NCBI GenBank assembly: GCA_963726195.1
Contig: CAVSBO010000003.1
Location: forward strand, 224,001-288,000
Direction of reading: 5' to 3'
DNA from: Candidatus Thorarchaeota archaeon
Lineage (GTDB): Archaea > Asgardarchaeota > Thorarchaeia > Thorarchaeales > Thorarchaeaceae
Length of the DNA: 64,000 nt
The notes beneath the pieces are model-generated. The model was not told where the DNA came from, searched no databases, and saw only the letters and a list, made by a program, of their open reading frames with translations. Each line of letters starts with the position of its first letter. Position 1 is the first letter of the stretch. The translations under genes and the position numbers were made by a program. Positions 60,720-64,000 of the stretch are shown one piece after another.

Positions 60720-61475
60720 ATGAAACCCAAGAGAGCAGTTGTCCGCCCGCCAAGCAGCGCCTTTCCTAGATGCATCTCTTCTCATCCTCTTCGCAACACG
60801 ATTGCTGTTGAAAAAGCGCTGAAGCAGCATCAAACCTACTGCGACACGCTCAGGGAACTGGGTCTCGAACTGATAGTCATGAACCAAGAAGAGAAGTATC
60901 CGGATTCCTGTTTCGTTGAGGATACAGCGGTCATTCACAACGGCAAGGCACTCGTGGCAAGAATGGCTCGACCAAGTCGACAGGGAGAAGAGGACAGTGT
61001 GGAAGCCCTGCTGGGCCAGTACTTGCAGGTTCGTCGAGTGACCAAGCCCGGAACGCTTGAGGGAGGTGATGTAATCCATCTACCCAACAAGCTCATGACC
61101 GGTGTCTCGCAAAGAACCAACATAGACGGAGTGTTCCAGATGAGGGACTGGCTTGAAGTGGAAGTAATCGGAATCCGCGACCCGTACATCGTCCATCTGA
61201 AGAGTCATGCAACATTTCTCGGCATGAAGACCATGATATGCAGGAGAGCCTATCGAGACCATCCGGCACTTGAGAAGTACAATCTGATCGTGCTCGACGA
61301 TGAGGACAGCTACGCTGCGAATACGCTCACAATTGATGAAGTCGTGCTCATGCCTGCAGGGTTTGATAGGGCTGCATCACAGGTCCGAGAAGCCGGGTAT
61401 GAAGTGCTGCCGATTGATGTGAGTGAGTTCGAGAAGTGTGAAGGGGCTCTGACATGTCTGTCGATTCTCTTCTAA
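60720..61475 (+). CDS. Dimethylargininase (DDAH) / amidinotransferase-family hydrolase
   Basis: PDSCFVEDTAV, SRQGE, LEGGD, HLKS, SEFEK.EGALTC. Confidence 0.9.
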   Translation: MKPKRAVVRPPSSAFPRCISSHPLRNTIAVEKALKQHQTYCDTLRELGLELIVMNQEEKYPDSCFVEDTAVIHNGKALVARMARPSRQGEEDSVEALLGQYLQVRRVTKPGTLEGGDVIHLPNKLMTGVSQRTNIDGVFQMRDWLEVEVIGIRDPYIVHLKSHATFLGMKTMICRRAYRDHPALEKYNLIVLDDEDSYAANTLTIDEVVLMPAGFDRAASQVREAGYEVLPIDVSEFEKCEGALTCLSILF

Positions 61476-61523
61476 TCCAATGCCATCTCCATAACTGTCC
61501 GCGGAACACGCAAAAATGGACAG

Positions 61524-62063
61524 CTACTGCTGTCTCTGATACTTAATGCATGTGAAGGTCGCAGTGCCCGATTTCATTCTGACAGTGCAATCGGACAGCC
61601 TAAGGAGCTCATAGTCATAAGCATAGAATCTCAATTCAAACCCCTCTCGATTGACCCTAAGGACTGGTTCGGTCTCAGACCGTTGAATCTGCTTCTTGGG
61701 AATCTTGCCGTCCACACTCCGCGGCCACGACTCTCCTATGACATCATTGAAGCGGCCGAACCAGACTGACAGCTGGGCGAGCATCATCGCATCAGTCGCC
61801 TTCACGGGAGTGACAAGCCCGGTCACAATTCTCTCAAACGCTTTGGGCTGCTCAACACTGAGAAGTATGCCGTCAGGAAGTATGGCAAAAATGGGTGAGA
61901 AATCGATTTTCATCTTCGTCGGGATTCCTGCAACCAAGGGCACGCGGGAATTGTCCCATTCGGCCATGAACTCAAGTTCGTAGTCATCTGGGTTCCAGCC
62001 CAAGCGTTCTTTCACACGTCTTTGCATTTCATCTACTTGAGCACGGCTTAACCTAGGCGACAT
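61524..62063 (-). CDS. Hypothetical protein
   Basis: Natural composition from MSPRLSRAQVDEM; fills the gap between known genes. Confidence 0.6.
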   Translation of the reverse strand: MSPRLSRAQVDEMQRRVKERLGWNPDDYELEFMAEWDNSRVPLVAGIPTKMKIDFSPIFAILPDGILLSVEQPKAFERIVTGLVTPVKATDAMMLAQLSVWFGRFNDVIGESWPRSVDGKIPKKQIQRSETEPVLRVNREGFELRFYAYDYELLRLSDCTVRMKSGTATFTCIKYQRQQ

Positions 62064-62351
62064 GAAACTTGCACATCCGTCGCGATCCATTGTGCCGCAG
62101 ACCGACACAAACATTATCATCATTGGCCGAATGTCCGAGCTTTATTATGTTGCCTACCAAGAAGTCCAGCATCAATAGAGGCCAGCCTTCAGACATCCCG
62201 AAGACCTCAAGAAAGCGTGTGCTCTTGCAAATGGGCAAACTCGCGTTAGAAATGACTTCCTCCGGATGTGCTTTGATTCATTTTAGAATCATACTTCAGC
62301 TCAGATTAGTTGAAATTCAAGAAACTTCACTCACAAAGCAGGAAAGCGGCG

Positions 62352-64000
62352 TTGTGGTCAATACAGGACAGCAAGTACATCTATGGTATAGGCAAGGGCG
62401 ACCTCTATTTCCTAGATGTCGATGGTCAAGGCCGCCTCGTCTTGCGCTTTGAAAATCTCAGTTTGTCGTTTCCTGAGCTTATCGAGAAAGTCAGGAACAT
62501 CTCTCAGGCGGAGTATTCGTCCTTCACCGTTAGGATTCCTGCCCTCGCGGCCGAACGTGCAATAGAAGTAACGACCGCATTTCGTGAAGCCATGACGCAG
62601 TCGAAGTACGAAGGCAAGTACCTGCCCATATTCCCGATCAAGGTCAATCACCACAACGACATTGTTAGAACAATCTTGGCCACGGATCCGTCCTATGGGC
62701 TTGAAGCTGGTTCGAAGGGAGAGTTTGCCCTCATCCGAAACATCGTAGGCCAAGACAAGTCTAGGTGTCTGATTTGCAATGGGACTAAGGATGCAGAGTA
62801 TCTGAAGATGGCTACGGAAGCCCGCAATGCAGGACACAATGTGCTCTTTACCGTCGAAAGCCCCGAGGATGTCGAGCTTGTCGCGAAATCCCTTCCCGAG
62901 GGTGGCATTCCGCTAGGTCTTCGAATCAAGCCATACGTTGAGTCAAGTGGACACTGGGCTGCCGCGGGCGGTCGTGACTCGAAGTTCGGCATGGCTCCCC
63001 GCGATTTGCTGCAAGCAATCAATGTTCTGAGAGCTAACAACCTGAAGAAAGACATCATTTCAATTCACGGGCACATTGGTTCGCAGGTAGCCGACCTTGA
63101 GAATGTGCGTGAGCTTGGGAGATTCATGACAGAGGCATTCTGGTGGCTCGTCAACAAGCAGACCTTCCCCGCCTTGAGATTGATGGACCTTGGGGGAGGC
63201 TTGCCGGTTGACTATGAAGGAGTTCGCAAGAACAGGGCGCTCAAAGAATACGCTACGAACGTCGTCGAATCCGTGAACAGCACATGCAATGAATTGGGAG
63301 TCACCAGACTTCCGACCATAATGACGGAAAATGGCCGGGCTGTTGCAGCTCACAGCTCAATGGTCCTGGTTAAGGTGCTCGCCGAACGTGGGTCGACGCG
63401 GGCAGGCGAAGCACTGACACAACAGACAGCCGATGAAGTGAAGAAATGGATAAGGCTGGTCAAGAATGCCAAGACCCTCTCAGCTGTTCTTAGAGTATGG
63501 TCACGACTGAACATGGAACTGGGAGCAAGCACGGGAGATATTGACAGACTTCACCAAAGAGAGCAAATCCTGGCGTCGGTGAAGGGGAGCATGATGAGGA
63601 AGGTAGTCGAGGAAGGACTAGGAGAACCGGAAGGGACAACACCAAATTGGTTGCTCCAACCCGACATCATAGCTTATGGGAACTTTAGCGTATTCAACAG
63701 CTGTATTGACCATGTGCTCGTGGGACAGTACTTTCCAATCATACCCGTCGCAGGCCTTGACAAGGAGCCTGAAACGACTGTACGCATCGCAGACATTACT
63801 GCTGACAGCGATGGAGAGATCTCTGCATTCGTACGAAGAGAACGGGCCAAAGACAAGGAGCTTACTACCCTAGACGGACGGCCGCTCACTGGTTCCAAGA
63901 ACAGCATCGCTCTAGGGATACCCGTTCCGTCAGTGAAGAACCTGAAAGGCTCTTTCTTTCTTGTGGCCCTGACCGGCGCCTACCAAGAAGTGATGGCCAG
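62352..64000 (+). CDS. speA: Biosynthetic arginine decarboxylase-like (PLP fold III), runs off the window
   Basis: Manual translation: WSIQDSKYIYG, FPIKVN (PLP Lys), GLEAGSK, CNG.KD, SKFG, HGHIGSQ, DLGGGL, TENGRA, NFSVF, QYFPIIP, DITADSDG, GAYQE. Missing from the ORF track. Confidence 0.9.
   Translation, partial: MWSIQDSKYIYGIGKGDLYFLDVDGQGRLVLRFENLSLSFPELIEKVRNISQAEYSSFTVRIPALAAERAIEVTTAFREAMTQSKYEGKYLPIFPIKVNHHNDIVRTILATDPSYGLEAGSKGEFALIRNIVGQDKSRCLICNGTKDAEYLKMATEARNAGHNVLFTVESPEDVELVAKSLPEGGIPLGLRIKPYVESSGHWAAAGGRDSKFGMAPRDLLQAINVLRANNLKKDIISIHGHIGSQVADLENVRELGRFMTEAFWWLVNKQTFPALRLMDLGGGLPVDYEGVRKNRALKEYATNVVESVNSTCNELGVTRLPTIMTENGRAVAAHSSMVLVKVLAERGSTRAGEALTQQTADEVKKWIRLVKNAKTLSAVLRVWSRLNMELGASTGDIDRLHQREQILASVKGSMMRKVVEEGLGEPEGTTPNWLLQPDIIAYGNFSVFNSCIDHVLVGQYFPIIPVAGLDKEPETTVRIADITADSDGEISAFVRRERAKDKELTTLDGRPLTGSKNSIALGIPVPSVKNLKGSFFLVALTGAYQEVMA

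Overview
Gene-dense archaeal chromosome segment. It is inferred to come from an Asgard archaeon, most likely Thorarchaeota, based on a Rab-like small GTPase with a longin-like partner, an 'IDLxPL' 22-residue LRR protein, a single-OB SSB, IorAB, DUF22 and a PDO. About 60 CDSs are present, dominated by peptide and amino-acid catabolism (PepF, M24, OpdB, M32, TldD/E, two isoaspartyl peptidases, IorAB, a DDAH-like hydrolase, SpeA) and thiol/sulfur redox (DsrEFH, PDO, two TrxR-like enzymes, Grx, two ferritin-like proteins). There is also a putative lipid-glycoside catabolic cluster (GH5, Gfo/Idh/MocA, PIG-L, DMT, SCP2, SDRs, BKACE, GalM). About a dozen single-base frameshifts in otherwise intact genes look like sequencing indels. 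No tRNA, rRNA, CRISPR array or transposase was recognised. Best candidates for new biology: (1) a four-gene operon encoding a Zn-binding protein, a longin-like protein, a ~15-TM membrane protein and a Rab-like GTPase (40481-43109); (2) a ~150-nt four-way-junction RNA-like element with an upstream leaderless Thr-rich sORF (58885-59190); (3) a pseudo-GTPase that has lost its G1, G3, G4 and G5 boxes; (4) a SpeA whose catalytic Cys is replaced by Ala; (5) a divergent pair of low-complexity proteins (a PAPAPK rod and an RGG-tailed SSB with a structured leader). All family calls come from motif recognition by eye, not from database searches.
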